A stretch of DNA of 63,900 bases from Welwitschia mirabilis (lineage: Eukaryota), in the NCBI GenBank assembly GCA_051453625.1, contig JBOZIK010000001.1, positions 33,012,030-33,075,929 on the forward strand, in the 5' to 3' direction. Positions within the stretch are counted from its first letter, which is position 1. Each line of letters starts with the position of its first letter. Under the pieces are notes generated by a model that was not told the origin of the DNA, did not search any database, and was given only the letters and a program-made list of their open reading frames with translations. Position numbers and translations under genes: made by a program. This document shows positions 39,500 through 52,689 of the stretch, piece by piece.

Positions 39500-42400
39500 T
39501 CACAATGTCAAGTGCCTCTCATAAGTAAAAACAAGTAGTAGGATCTTCTACCCTTAATGAAAACCTCACCCTTAAGGAATTGTTAGCCAATAAGAAAAGA
39601 GAAATTCAAACACCATTTTACCTACCATTGGAAGATGATGTAGAGCTCAAAAATTTATATGCCTATCTAATTTTTAGTGGATAAGATGATAAGGATTCCC
39701 TTCAACACATTAGAGATATTGAACAACTTATCCTTACCTCAAGAAATGGGAAGAAAAAATAATAGATAGAATATATATGATGATCTTTTTCATGACATTA
39801 AAAGGTAGGCAAAACCTTAGCTAAAAAATATACCCCACAAAAGCTTAAAAGCATGGGATNNNNNNNNNNNNNNNNNNNNNNNNNNNNNNNNNNNNNNNNN
39901 NNNNNNNNNNNNNNNNNNNNNNNNNNNNNNNNNNNNNNNNNAAAAATCAAATAAAGACTATGCCTCCACATATGAGTATCTCTTTATAGTAGTCCACTTT
40001 AATCTAGTAGATGCTGTTCTACCACAATAAAAAACATTCCATTTTTAAAGTGGATTGAATCCCCACATGAAACACCTTATCGATTTTTCTTGTAAAGGAA
40101 ACCTCATGAACCTTATGCTAAATGATTCCTAGATAAAATTAGAAGAACTTATGGAGATTAGTAACACTTGGTAAACACCTAAAGAAAAACAAATGATAGA
40201 CTAACTCATCAAGGACTTAAAATAGATGAAACAACAAAAAGAGGTAGAAGATAACCCTATAATTTCTATGANNNNNNNNNNNNNNNNNNNNNNNNNNNNN
40301 NNNNNNNNNNNNNNNNNNNNNNNNNNNNNNNNNNNNNNNNNNNNNNNNNNNNNNNNNNNNNNNNNNNNNNNATTCTTGGATAAAATTAGAAAAACTTGTG
40401 GAGTTTAGTAAAACTTAGTAAACACCTAAAGAAAAATAAATAATAGGCCAACTCATCAAGGACTTAAAATAGGTGAAACAACAAAAAGAGGTAGAAGATA
40501 ACCCTACAATTTCTATAAGAGATTTTACAATAACCCTAAAGAAGTATGTGAAAATAATTTTAGATGATAAAATTGCAACTGAAAGAAATGTTATTCCAAT
40601 TTATTATTTATATGAGGNNNNNNNNNNNNNNNNNNNNNNNNNNNNNNNNNNNNNNNNNNNNNNNNNNNNNNNNNNNNNNNNNNNNNNNNNNNNNNNNNNN
40701 NNNNNNNNNNNNNNNNNNNNNNNNNNNNNNNNNNNNNNNNNNNNNNNNNNNNNNNNNNNNNNNNNNNNNNNNNNNNNNNNNNNNNNNNNNNNNNNNNNNN
40801 NNNNNNNNNNNNNNNNNNNNNNNNNNNNNNNNNNNNNNNNNNNNNNNNNNNNNNNNNNNNNNNNNNNNNNNNNNNNNNNNNNNNNNNNNNNNNNNNNNNN
40901 NNNNNNNNNNNNNNNNNNNNNNNNNNNNNNNNNNNNNNNNNNNNNNNNNNNNNNNNNNNNNNNNNNNNNNNNNNNNNNNNNNNNNNNNNNNNNNNNNNNN
41001 NNNNNNNNNNNNNNNNNNNNNNNNNNNNNNNNNNNNNNNNNNNNNNNNNNNNNNNNNNNNNNNNNNNNNNNNNNNNNNNNNNNNNNNNNNNNNNNNNNNN
41101 NNNNNNNNNNATTGCCCTCTTTTACCAACTTACAAAGAGAAAATTCATGAAGAATTTTGTGCTTTTAATTAAACATCTCAAAACTTTAGAAACAAAAATC
41201 AAGTACAAGCTAGATTGAATACATATTTTCAAAACAATACTCAACCTTTTAGAAACTGACTCGAAAACACATATTATCAACCAAGTTCATCCAAATTTTA
41301 ACATTTAAATGATCAACTTATAAACTCTTTAGATGAAATGAAAAAAATACAAGAGACAATAAATGCCAAAATAGATAACTTGGTAAATGTCCTTTANNNN
41401 NNNNNNNNNNNNNNNNNNNNNNNNNNNNNNNNNNNNNNNNNNNNNNNNNNNNNNNNNNNNNNNNNNNNNNNNNNNNNNNNNNNNNNNNNNNNNNNNNNNN
41501 NNNNNNNNNNNNNNNNNNNNNNNNNNNNNNNNNNNNNNNNNNNNNNNNNNNNNNNNNNNNNNNNNNNNNNNNNNNNNNNNNNNNNNNNNNNNNNNNNNNN
41601 NNNNNNNNNNNNNNNNNNNNNNNNNNNNNNNNNNNNNNNNNNNNNNNNNNNNNNNNNNNNNNNNNNNNNNNNNNNNNNNNNNNNNNNNNNNNNNNNNNNN
41701 NNNNNNNNNNNNNNNNNNNNNNNNNNNNNNNNNNNNNNNNNNNNNNNNNNNNNNNNNNNNNNNNNNNNNNNNNNNNNNNNNNNNNNNNNNNNNNNNNNNN
41801 NNNNNNNNNNNNNNNNNNNNNNNNNNNNNNNNNNNNNNNNNNNNNNNNNNNNNNNNNNNNNNNNNNNNNNNNNNNNNNNNNNNNNNNNNNNNNNNNNNNN
41901 NNNNNNNNNNNNNNNNNNNNNNNNNNNNNNNNNNNNNATGTGAATCTTCCATCTCCCAAAATAATGAATAAAAAGAGGAAGAGAACATTGAGATTTTAGA
42001 TGATTACAACTTCCCTTATCTTGGAAAAAAGAAAAAGAAAAGTCCTTCTATCCCTTAACTTAATAGGCTTAACAATAATTCAACTTTTAATAATCATTTA
42101 AAAGCATTAATAAAAAATGTAAGCATAAACTTACCTTTTTAAAAAGTTTTAGAAGAAAATTTGGGGTACTCAAAACTATAGAAACACTTAATCAAAAGAA
42201 AACAAAATTGAGTCATCTCTAGTAAGATCTTTCTTGCTCAATCCTTCATGAATTTAGTGTTACAAAAATACCTAAATTTAAAGATCTAGGAGCAGCAATG
42301 ATAAATGTTATTATAGAGGAAAACAAGAAGATAAGGAAAGATTTAATTGTAATTTGAGCAAGTGTTAACATTATGCAACTTTACGTTTGTAAGAGACTTG

Positions 42401-42860
42401 GTTTGGAGGATAGAATAGAGCCTAACTTGTTCATCTTAGAGTTAGCAGATACATTAGTTAGGAAATTATTAGGCATCATAAAAAATTTGACAATATAAAT
42501 AGAAGAGACTTGCTATCCCATTGATATGATTATCATAAAAGTTGAGCATAACACAGGATATCCTTTACTTCTAGGTAGAGATTTTTGTGTAATAACCCAC
42601 TGCATCATTGATATAATAGCAGGAACCTTGAAATGTTATTTTAGAAATAGAACTTTTATGATTATAGTCTTTGTTGCAGCTAAGAAAGATTTGAATGATG
42701 ATAATATAAACATTGAAGATAATGTCAAACCTACTTTATTTTTACAACATCACCCACTTGAAGAAAGAGAGATGAAACTAAATAAGCATATGATTTGTGA
42801 TGATCAGCTTAAGAATGAAGAAGAAATGAAACCTTTTGAGTATAAAAATGTCTAACTTTT
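39500..42860 (+). pseudogene. Athila-like gag and aspartic protease relic
   Basis: gag-like IFSG*DDKDSLQHIRDIE (~39670-39725). Protease region KFKDLGAAMINV..ASVNIM..CKRLGL..LELAD..YPIDMIIIKV..YPLLLGRDF..IIDIIAGTL (42275-42640). Confidence 0.8.
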
Positions 42861-44032
42861 TAAGAAAAATCATGAGAGGTATTATCTATTTTGTAAGACA
42901 AAAATTAAAAATCATAATTTTGAATTTGAAAAAGAAAAATATTTTTAATAAACTTAAAGGTAAAACTCTTGCATTTTATGAAAATCTTTCACTAGAGTTA
43001 CCTTTTCTCTTACCTTTAACTTTCAAAATTTATACTTTAATATGGCATTATAAAGTTCTCTCCATTCCTCCTCTCTTTATCCAATTGATTTTACTTGGAA
43101 ATAATTGCACATCTTTTATGTTTTATCAATTGATAAATTTCTGGTTTGGACCTTACTTCTCTGAAAAACTTGAAACCACAATAAATCCTTGATTTTTCCT
43201 TTCTTTATTTTTAATAAAAGTGTGTTTTAGCTTTAGGATTTGAATAAAAGTTTGCTTACTTTATTGTTTTATTTTCAGTTTTCTATTTTGAGAGTCTCTA
43301 TTTTGATTTTCTTTTTTTGTTTTTTACTTATATTTTTAGTTTCTATTTTCTATTCTTGTAANNNNNNNNNNNNNNNNNNNNNNNNNNNNNNNNNNNNNNN
43401 NNNNNNNNNNNNNNNNNNNNNNNNNNNNNTTTGTGTTTTCTCATAAATTTTTATGCTTCTCTGTCTATGTTGTCGTTTCTGTCGTCTAGAAGACGAGCAA
43501 GACAATAGTCAATAAAATGTTAATTTTTGTTTTCTATTATTTTAAGAAAATGCATATTTATGGCTTTGTTAATATTTTTAACTTAATTTCTTGAGAATTG
43601 CAAGAAGTAAATGTGGGAAAAAAATTGAATTTCACAAGCAAACATTTTGAATTTTCTCTTAGATTTTTCCTTTGAAATATTATTACGGTATTACTTAACT
43701 TATGTGTTTATTTCTTTGACTAGTCTTTTAACTTGGGCATTTTAGTNNNNNNNNNNGTGATAAGATTGGATTCACCCAATCTTAGGACATTCACAAGTCC
43801 GTGAACTTCAGTTTGAAGGAAGAAATTTATTTTTTATATTTTTTCAATGGTAAAAAGGTCTTACATTATTTGAAAGTGTTCTTTTTTGACTTAATCTTTT
43901 GACTTTTACCTTTATCTTTTGAAGTGTTTGGTTAAGTAAAATGTTATTTTATTTTCAAATTTTTTTTTAAAAAAAGTGAAATAAAGCCATGACATTTTAT
44001 ATTTATATCTCAAAAACATGGTCACCATGATG

Positions 44033-44184
44033 TCCTACCACAAGTACACCAGGGCAAATATTTCAAAGAGGAGCCTTTGGTAGTATAACATGGTAGCTGT
44101 GGAAACTCCTCTAAGAGGTTAGTTAGCCATGATTTGTAAGTCCTTACTTCTCTGACTGTGGTTTCACTCCCCTCATCATAGATA
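44033..44184. other. Conserved, probably structured non-coding block, copy B
   Basis: Homologous to 17436-17600. Internal complementary pairs ACCAC/GTGGT, CATGGTAGCT/AGTTAGCCATG and AGAGGAG/CTCCTCT. Confidence 0.7.
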
Positions 44185-45122
44185 ATAAAGTTATATTTAA
44201 ATTTTAAGGCTATGGGATTATTGATGTTCTTGATATCATCAGAGGCATTGCTTATTTTTTAGACTCTTAGTCTTTTCACATGATATTTCATTTCTTGAAA
44301 TTTGGATGTTTGTGTTGAGATGATAGTAGAAGAGTTTATTTTTGAGTTAAAGAATATTACTCTAGCATTGTCATAATCACTACCTTATCAAATGAATGTT
44401 CTGTACATTAAGTCATGCATTTTTCACATCAAGTAATGTTATGTTTTCTTTCATAGGAATTTTCTAGGTTAAAATGTTAGATTGGTAAGCTATCTTTTAT
44501 TTATGTTATCTTATGTCTATCCTTCTTATTTTATTTTATAGTTTGGTTAGTTATTTCAAAGTCAATACTGTATTTTCTTAGCATGCTTTCCTTGTTTTAG
44601 TTTTCAATAAAAAGTACTTTCTTATTTTATTTCTATTTTATTTTTCTTCATATTTTTGGTGTTGTAAGTATTGTTTATGTTCTTTTTATGATGAAACATT
44701 TTTTATTGTCCATTCTTTGCTTTACTATTAGAATATTTTATATTTCTATATTTTTCAAATCTGACATTACTGAGCTTTGCACTTTGTTTTGAAAATTTCC
44801 TCATTCTCATTATCTTTTACCTACCTTCTCACTCCCATCTACCTTTCTTTGCTTTATTTTTTAATACAGGACATATTGCTTTTTCTTTAGGGGACAGAGA
44901 CCCATTTTCATGGCTTATTTTCAAAATTTTTTAAGCTTTTATAACATAGAATTTTTAAAATTTTCATACACACTATGCATTACTTGTTATCTATCCATGT
45001 GATGGTTTTTATGAGTTTGTTTTATGATTTCTAGATTATCTTTTAAAAAATAAATTAGCTTATAATTATGGTTTTTCTACTTGATTTTTGTCAGGTACTA
45101 ACAAAGGCTAAGTGGAGGGCTA

Positions 45123-46149
45123 TGTTGCGCTATCAATTTATGGTTATTTATTAGGGTTTTATGAGTTGTTTTGCAGGATTTTTATACAAGTTTAAGTAAA
45201 ATTCTGAGGATTTTGAAGATACAAAAGGAAATATTAAACAAGTGCAATTATTATCCAAATTCAATGCATTAAAGGCATTTTCTGGTGAGTAGAGCTTTGA
45301 AGAATAATTCATAATAGAAATGCTAAGTTATCTTCAAAGAAATCATCAAAGAAGACTGTCACCCCCTCTATCGTTCACACGACAGACAGGACGATACCTA
45401 CTGATGTGGGCTGCTGAGTCATAATTTTAGAGAGATTTTATAATGTATTATCATTCCTAATGTCATTCGGATAATAGCCTAGACGACACTGACATGTAAT
45501 TGTCACTGATAGATTCCTTGAACTAGCTCATCTATTTTAGAGTCCTTAATGAATGCACCTAAATGCACCTTCTATCTATACTTTTCTTCTGTATTTTCCT
45601 ATAAATAAGTCTCCTTTTGACTCTTCTTCTTATCTTTGATGCACCAGACATTCTTGTAATAAGAGATCGAAGGGCAAGAGGTCCATCTACGTGAGTTATA
45701 GAAAGACATGCACTTGGTGGATGTCGTTAGCATTTTAATATAAAATCGTGTTTTATTTTCATATTTGCATTATATGTTTTCTTGTGACCCTTATACTCTA
45801 TGTTGTCCTTGATCTAGTGACAATTTTTTGGGTGATATAGATTATCAAGGGCAACCTTTGTTAAGGCTGAAAGTAAGTAGTAATTAGTACATTTTGCATT
45901 TGCATTTAGAAAAGTTACATCTTTCATTATGCATTGTACTTTATTTCTTTATATTTGTTATTTATTTTTGGTTCTTATATTCTTTTATTAAAGAACCTAA
46001 GTCTTATCTCATAGACTTTAATGTGAATACAACATTTTGGGTCTACTCCCACTCATACTAGTGTGTTGCATTATGTAAGATATCTATTTATTTTATAAAT
46101 GACAGAATCCTTTTGAACTTAAGCACTTGCACAAATACACACTGCAACA
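45123..46149 (+). repeat. LTR of element 2, preceded by a PPT and followed by a PBS
   Basis: TGTTGCGCTATC...ACTGCAACA in ungapped sequence. 46150-46210 parallels 38823-38885. Confidence 0.8.
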
Positions 46150-49100
46150 TCTTGGTGCTATTACCGAGAAAGGATATCAAGGAGTACAAGGGTTGTTTTC
46201 ATTCAGGTAANNNNNNNNNNNNNNNNNNNNNNNNNNNNNNNNNNNNNNNNNNNNNNNNNNNNNNNNNNNNNNNNNNNNNNNNNNNNNNNNNNNNNNNNNN
46301 NNNNNNNNNNATTAGAATTATATTTGCATTACATGTTAGTTTAGATTGCATATTGCATTTTGCATTGCATATTTATTTCCTTGCATTGTTATTTACTTTT
46401 GATTCCTAGTTTCATTTACAAAAGCAACCTGAGTCTCCTAGTCATAGACTTCAATAAGATATGACATTTTAGGTTAATTGTCATTATACTAGTATGATGT
46501 ATTATTCAAAATATATATTTTGATTAATAATAATAGGATCTATTTGAATATAAAAGCTTGCATGAATACACACCATAACAGTTTGTAATTTTTATAATTT
46601 ATCATAAAAATGATAAAAATTATGTTAAAAGGTTTTTATAAGAAATTTATCTAAACATTTATAATTAGATAATCCCATTATGTGAAGAATTAAAATCACA
46701 TGATAAAATTAATAACTTGAAATTTTCAAGAGAATATAATAATATATTTTGTAACTTATTTGTACATTTAAATTCTTGGTAAATGTGATATGTGTACTAT
46801 ATTATAAATAAATATTTTATTTCTTATATTATTTAATTGATAGGTTTTATGCATTCTAAAATAAATGAGCATTTGAATATGTACACATATTATTAGCTAA
46901 AGCCAAGAATGATAAATGAGTAAACTTACCCTACCATGACTTTTATATTCTTGAGATGTATAAGGGCACCTGGTTTATAGCATACTCATTGTTTTATTCA
47001 TTAGAATTGAAGAGTTTGTCTCATCATACCATATCCAATTTTGAGATTTGTGCATTTATTCTTTTGATGCATGTCTTAGATTAATTAGACTTACTTATAA
47101 TCCTATGAAGGATTAAAAAAAACTAGAATGAGGAAATGAGGCATGTAAATAACTTTGCTAATTAAAGCAAGAAGATTACTCNNNNNNNNNNNNNNNNNNN
47201 NNNNNNNNNNNNNNNNNNNNNNNNNNNNNNNNNNNNNNNNNNNNNNNNNNNNNNNNNNNNNNNNNNNNNNNNNNNNNNNNNNNNNNNNNNNNNNNNNNNN
47301 NNNNNNNNNNNNNNNNNNNNNNNNNNNNNNNNNNNNNNNNNNNNNNNNNNNNNNNNNNNNNNNNATATAAGTGCATTTTCTATGTTCCTCCCTCTATTTC
47401 TCTCTCTTGCTCTCTTTATCTCTCTTTAATTTATTCTTTTTCTTGTAGAGCTTAGAGCTAAGAAACTTTTGAGCTTGGATCTTCATTAAATTTCAACTAT
47501 TAAGGACTTACTTATTATTTCAAATAGGTTCTTTACTCTTATTATACATAAAATCACTTTTTAAGATTCCAATGGAATGATGTGATATTGCATTAGGGAA
47601 TTATTTATGGCTTTTATTCAATTATGTTATAAAATATTATTCCCTTCCGTTTACTATCACCAAGACATTAGTATAATACAAGGGGTCTTTTGTGCTTCGT
47701 GATGGAAGTTACTAATGGATGATTATGGCCAAGTGACTAGGGGGTTCACTATAAAAACAAAAAATAAAAAGGAAATTTGGGTATCCATATTTATTTTAAT
47801 ATTATATTTTTATGTATTATGCATTAGGACCATTTTATTAGGGGCAAAGTCTAATCCTCAAAGATTTTCTTAGGCTAGTACTCTTTCATGGAAATCTTAA
47901 GGCTCATAATAAATAGCTATTTTTGAATTGATTTGATTTTTCTTTCTATATTTATTCGAATTAGTAACTCATTTAAGATATTATAAAAGTAATTATTTAG
48001 TACATCTGTTATTTTATTGATTTAAATTATTGCTTGACTAGTTGTAGAAACTTTATCATATTTTTGTTATAGTGAAAAATTAAATTTTTAGAATAGAGAC
48101 ATAGGATAAAAATATTATATCTTATTAATTAATAGGTATAAATTAGTAAAATGTTTTTTGTAATCCTAGGATTCTATGATAAGCATGNNNNNNNNNNNNN
48201 NNNNNNNNNNNNNNNNNNNNNNNNNNNNNNNNNNNNNNNNNNNNNNNNNNNNNNNNNNNNNNNNNNNNNNNNNNNNNNNNNNNNNNNAAAAAAAAAAAAA
48301 AAAAGGAAATTTGGGTATCCATATTTATTTTAATATTATATTTTTACGTATTATGCATTAGGACCATTTTATTAGGGGCAAAGTCTAATCCTCAAAGATT
48401 TCCTTAGGCTAGTCCTCTTTCATGGAAATCTTAAGGCTCATAGTGAATAGCTATTTTTGAGTTGATTTGATTTTTATTGCTATAATTATTTGAATTAGTA
48501 ACAGTTAAGATATTCTATAAGTAATTAGTTAGTACATCCATTATTTTATTGATCTAAATTATTGCTTGACTAGTTGTAGAAACTTTATCATATTTTTGTT
48601 ATAGTGAAAAATTAAATTTTTAGAATAGAGGCATAGGATAAAAATATTATATCTTATAAATTAATAGGTATAAATTAGTGAAATGTTTTTTGTAAGCCTA
48701 GGATTCTATGATAAGCATGAAAATGTAAAAATAGTAATTTTTCTAAGGGTAATTATCTTTAAAAAATTTATTTGTTAAAATACATTAGAAGATAAATGCG
48801 AAAAATCATAAGCAGGTAATTTATGTTTCTGTAACTATTTGTTAATATATATATAAACTTTAGAATCCTAAGTTGTAATAAATCAAATAAGCTTTTCAAA
48901 ACATCTTAAATCATTTAAAACCTTAAAGTATTTTGAATTTTATGATCATTTTAGTATAGTGTAGTAGGACTATACTTTTAGAAAATTTAATAGTTTTTAA
49001 TCTTAAATGATAATCTTAGAAATAATATTTTTAGAATTCCAAGATAATTTAAGTTAGNNNNNNNNNNNNNNNNNNNNNNNNNNNNNNNNNNNNNNNNNNN

Positions 49101-52100
49101 NNNNNNNNNNNNNNNNNNNNNNNNNNNNNNNNNNNNNNNNNNNNNNNNNNNNNNNNNTTAAAAATTTTATTTGTTAAAATACATTAGAAGATAAATGCAA
49201 AAAATCATAAGCAGGTAATTTATGTTTTTGTAACTATTTGTTAACATATACATAAACTTTAGAATCCTAAGTGTAAGAAATCAACTAAGCTTTTAAAAAC
49301 ATCTTAAATCATTTAAAACCTCAAAGTATTTTGAATTTTGTGATCATTTTAGTATAGTGTAGTAGGACTATACTTTTAGAAAATTTAACAGTTTTTAATC
49401 TTAAATGATAATCTTAGAAATAATATTTTTAGAATTCCAAGATAATTTAATTTAGATTCTAAGAATCCTATCATGTGTATAACTTTTGAAAAACTACAGT
49501 AATTTATTCTTCCTTAATAATTAATTAATTATTAATTTTTAACTATGATGTCTCCTTAGATATAAACATGTTATAATTAATGTCTAAAGTTATAGTAAAA
49601 TTATTATATAAAATTTTATAAGAAATTGAGTATGTAAAATATGTTTTCATTAGGAACTTTAAGTTAAATTACTTATAAATAGTATTTATTTATAGAAATA
49701 CCTCTTTTACCCCTTTTTCGTTATCTTACTTTGAATGTGTATGCTTGTAAGAGCTTTCACCTTAGTAGTTTAAGTAACATAAATNNNTTTTAGTTTATCA
49801 CTTTCTTTATTGACTTATAATATAACTATACAAAAATTGGGTAAATATTTATATCGTAATAATTATGCTTGAGCTATATGTTCTTTTGTTTACCTTCTTT
49901 ACACCGATCCATAGAGATTGTCATATATTTCTAGAATTGGCATAGCTCCAAGCATATTTTAGTTTTTTTAAGTATATTATTAAGATGTGATTTGATACAT
50001 TTTAAATATTTTTTAATTACTATTAAAATAAAAAGAAATAATATTTTCTTTATTTGAATTTTTATTATTATAATCTTGAATATAAAAATGTCATTATATG
50101 ATTGCTTTCTTTTTATGGTTGTTTATATAAAATAAATCAAATGATGATTAGAATTATTANNNNNNNNNNNNNNNNNNNNNNNNNNNNNNNNNNNNNNNNN
50201 NNNNNNNNNNNNNNNNNNNNNNNNNNNNNNNNNNNNNNNNNNNNNNNNNNNNNNNNNNNGATTGTCATATATTTTTAGAATTGGCATAGCTCCAAGCATA
50301 TTTAGTTTTTTTAAGTATATTATTAAGATGTGATTTGATACATTTTAAATATTTTTTTAATTACTATTAAAAGAAAAAGAAATAATATTTTATTTATCTG
50401 AATTTTTATTATTATAATCTTGAATATAGAAATGTCGTTATATGATTGCTTTTTTTTTATGATTGTTTATATAAAATAAATCAAATGATGATTAGAATTA
50501 TTATAACTAATTAAAAAATACATTAAATATATACATTAGTTAGAATTATTTGTATGCATTTATGTGGTGTTTTCATTAAACAAAACTAAATTAAGATAAT
50601 TATAATAATATTTATTCCCACACTTGGATTTTATCACCAAGGTGGATTGCATTGCATTTTTTTTTTTATAATGCCATTTTAGAAGNNNNNNNNNNNNNNN
50701 NNNNNNNNNNNNNNNNNNNNNNNNNNNNNNNNNNNNNNNNNNNNNNNNNNNNNNNNNNNNNNNNNNNNNNNNNNNNNNNNNNNNNTTAAAAAATACATTA
50801 AATATGCACATTAGTTAGAATTATTTGTATGAATTTATGTGGTGTTTTTATTAAACAAAACTAAATTAATATAATTATAATAATATTTATTCCCACACTT
50901 AGATTTTATCACCAATGTGGATTGCATTGCATTTTTTTTTATAATACCATTTTAGAAGTGGATTTCATCATTACTCTCGTACCATACCCATGCATGAACT
51001 TATTCTAACTTAATATTTTGAGCCTTTGGCATTGATGAATCATGTTATAATATTTAGAAATACTTTAAGGAACTNNNNNNNNNNNNNNNNNNNNNNNNNN
51101 NNNNNNNNNNNNNNNNNNNNNNNNNNNNNNNNNNNNNNNNNNNNNNNNNNNNNNNNNNNNNNNNNNNNNNNNNNNNNNNNNNNNNNNNNNNNNNNNNNNN
51201 NNNNNNNNNNNNNNNNNNNNNNNNNNNNNNNNNNNNNNNNNNNNNNNNNNNNNNNNNNNNNNNNNNNNNNNNNNNNNNNNNNNNNNNNNNNNNNNNNNNN
51301 NNNNNNNNNNNNNNNNNNNNNNNNNNNNNNNNNNNNNNNNNNNNNNNNNNNNNNNNNNNNNNNNNNNNNNNNNNNNNNNNNNNNNNNNNNNNNNNNNNNN
51401 NNNNNNNNNNNNNNNNNNNNNNNNNNNNNNNNNNNNNNNNNNNNNNNNNNNNNNNNNNNNNNNNNNNNNNNNNNNNNNNNNNNNNNNNNNNNNNNNNNNN
51501 NNNNNNNNNNNNNNNNNNNNNNNNNNNNNNNNNNNNNNNNNNNNNNNNNNNNNNNNNNNNNNNNNNNNNNNNNNNNNNNNNNNNNNNNNNNNNNNNNNNN
51601 NNNNNNNNNNNNNNNNNNNNNNNNNNNNNNNNNNNNNNNNNNNNNNNNNNNNNNNNNNNNNNNNNNNNNNNNNNNNNNNNNNNNNNNNNNNNNNNNNNNN
51701 NNNNNNNNNNNNNNNNNNNNNNNNNNNNNNNNNNNNNNNNNNNNNNNNNNNNNNNNNNNNNNNNNNNNNNNNNNNNNNNNNNNNNNNNNNNNNNNNNNNN
51801 NNNNNNNNNNNNNNNNNNNNNNNNNNNNNNNNNNNNNNNNNNNNNNNNNNNNNNNNNNNNNNNNNNNNNNNNNNNNNNNNNNNNNNNNNNNNNNNNNNNN
51901 NNNNTGAATTCCATTATTCCTATAATTTTTTTTCTCTCTTTATACATATCAAATTACATTTATGTTAATTTAAATAATTATAAAGATTATAGTAATCATA
52001 ATCTTAACACTTAATAATCCTATAAGTTAATTATATTTGGCATAAGCACCAAAATATTCATAAGGTTGACTATAACCCCAAAACCTATATGATCATTATG

Positions 52101-52689
52101 CTAATCATATTTGTAATAATTGTAAATCCCTAAAAAAAGAAAGATGATGAATTCAAGTCATTAAATAATCTATTACCTTATAGATATAGATGAGAATGAT
52201 TTAGAAGAATTCTAATTATCTTAAGAATTTAGGATAATAACATTATATTATTCCTTAAGAAGCTAAACCTTTTGTAAAAAAATATAAATGCATAAATAAT
52301 ATCTTATAATTAGATAGCCTTAAAAGTAATCAAATCTCTAACCAAGTTATTCATTCTAAATTATATGATTACATAACTTTAAATTAAAAACCCATATTCA
52401 TAACTTATATTAAAAATAAAAAAGAAAATAAACTTGATTATATAATTTAAGGTATTAATAAAGACTTATCACATCATAATAATAATCATGTCCTTCTTAA
52501 TATTATAAAAATATTTCTAAGTTTAACTTTAATAATATCTATCCTATTTTCAAATATATTCTCATGAAAATTTTTCCTTTTTTCAAATGCCTTATTTTTG
52601 TCAATTAAACATTAAGACTAGGCTACTTGGTAATCAACATAAAGATAATTTAAGAGAGAGTCATCAACTTAATGATGTAATTTAATCCC

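Larger units (their letters stand above)
37637..46580 (+). mobile_element. Athila-like element 2, apparently non-autonomous (gag plus protease only)
   Basis: TGTTGCG...CATAACA termini; TSD GTTTA (37632-37636) / GTTTG (46581-46585); LTRs at 37637-38822 and 45123 onward; PBS-Asp-like site; PPT AGTGGAGGG near 45111-45119. Confidence 0.85.

Noticed and set aside
44150-44184. C/D-box snoRNA (ATGATGA on the minus strand, CTGA on the plus strand)
   Set aside because: The boxes lie on opposite strands and no rRNA guide was recognised.
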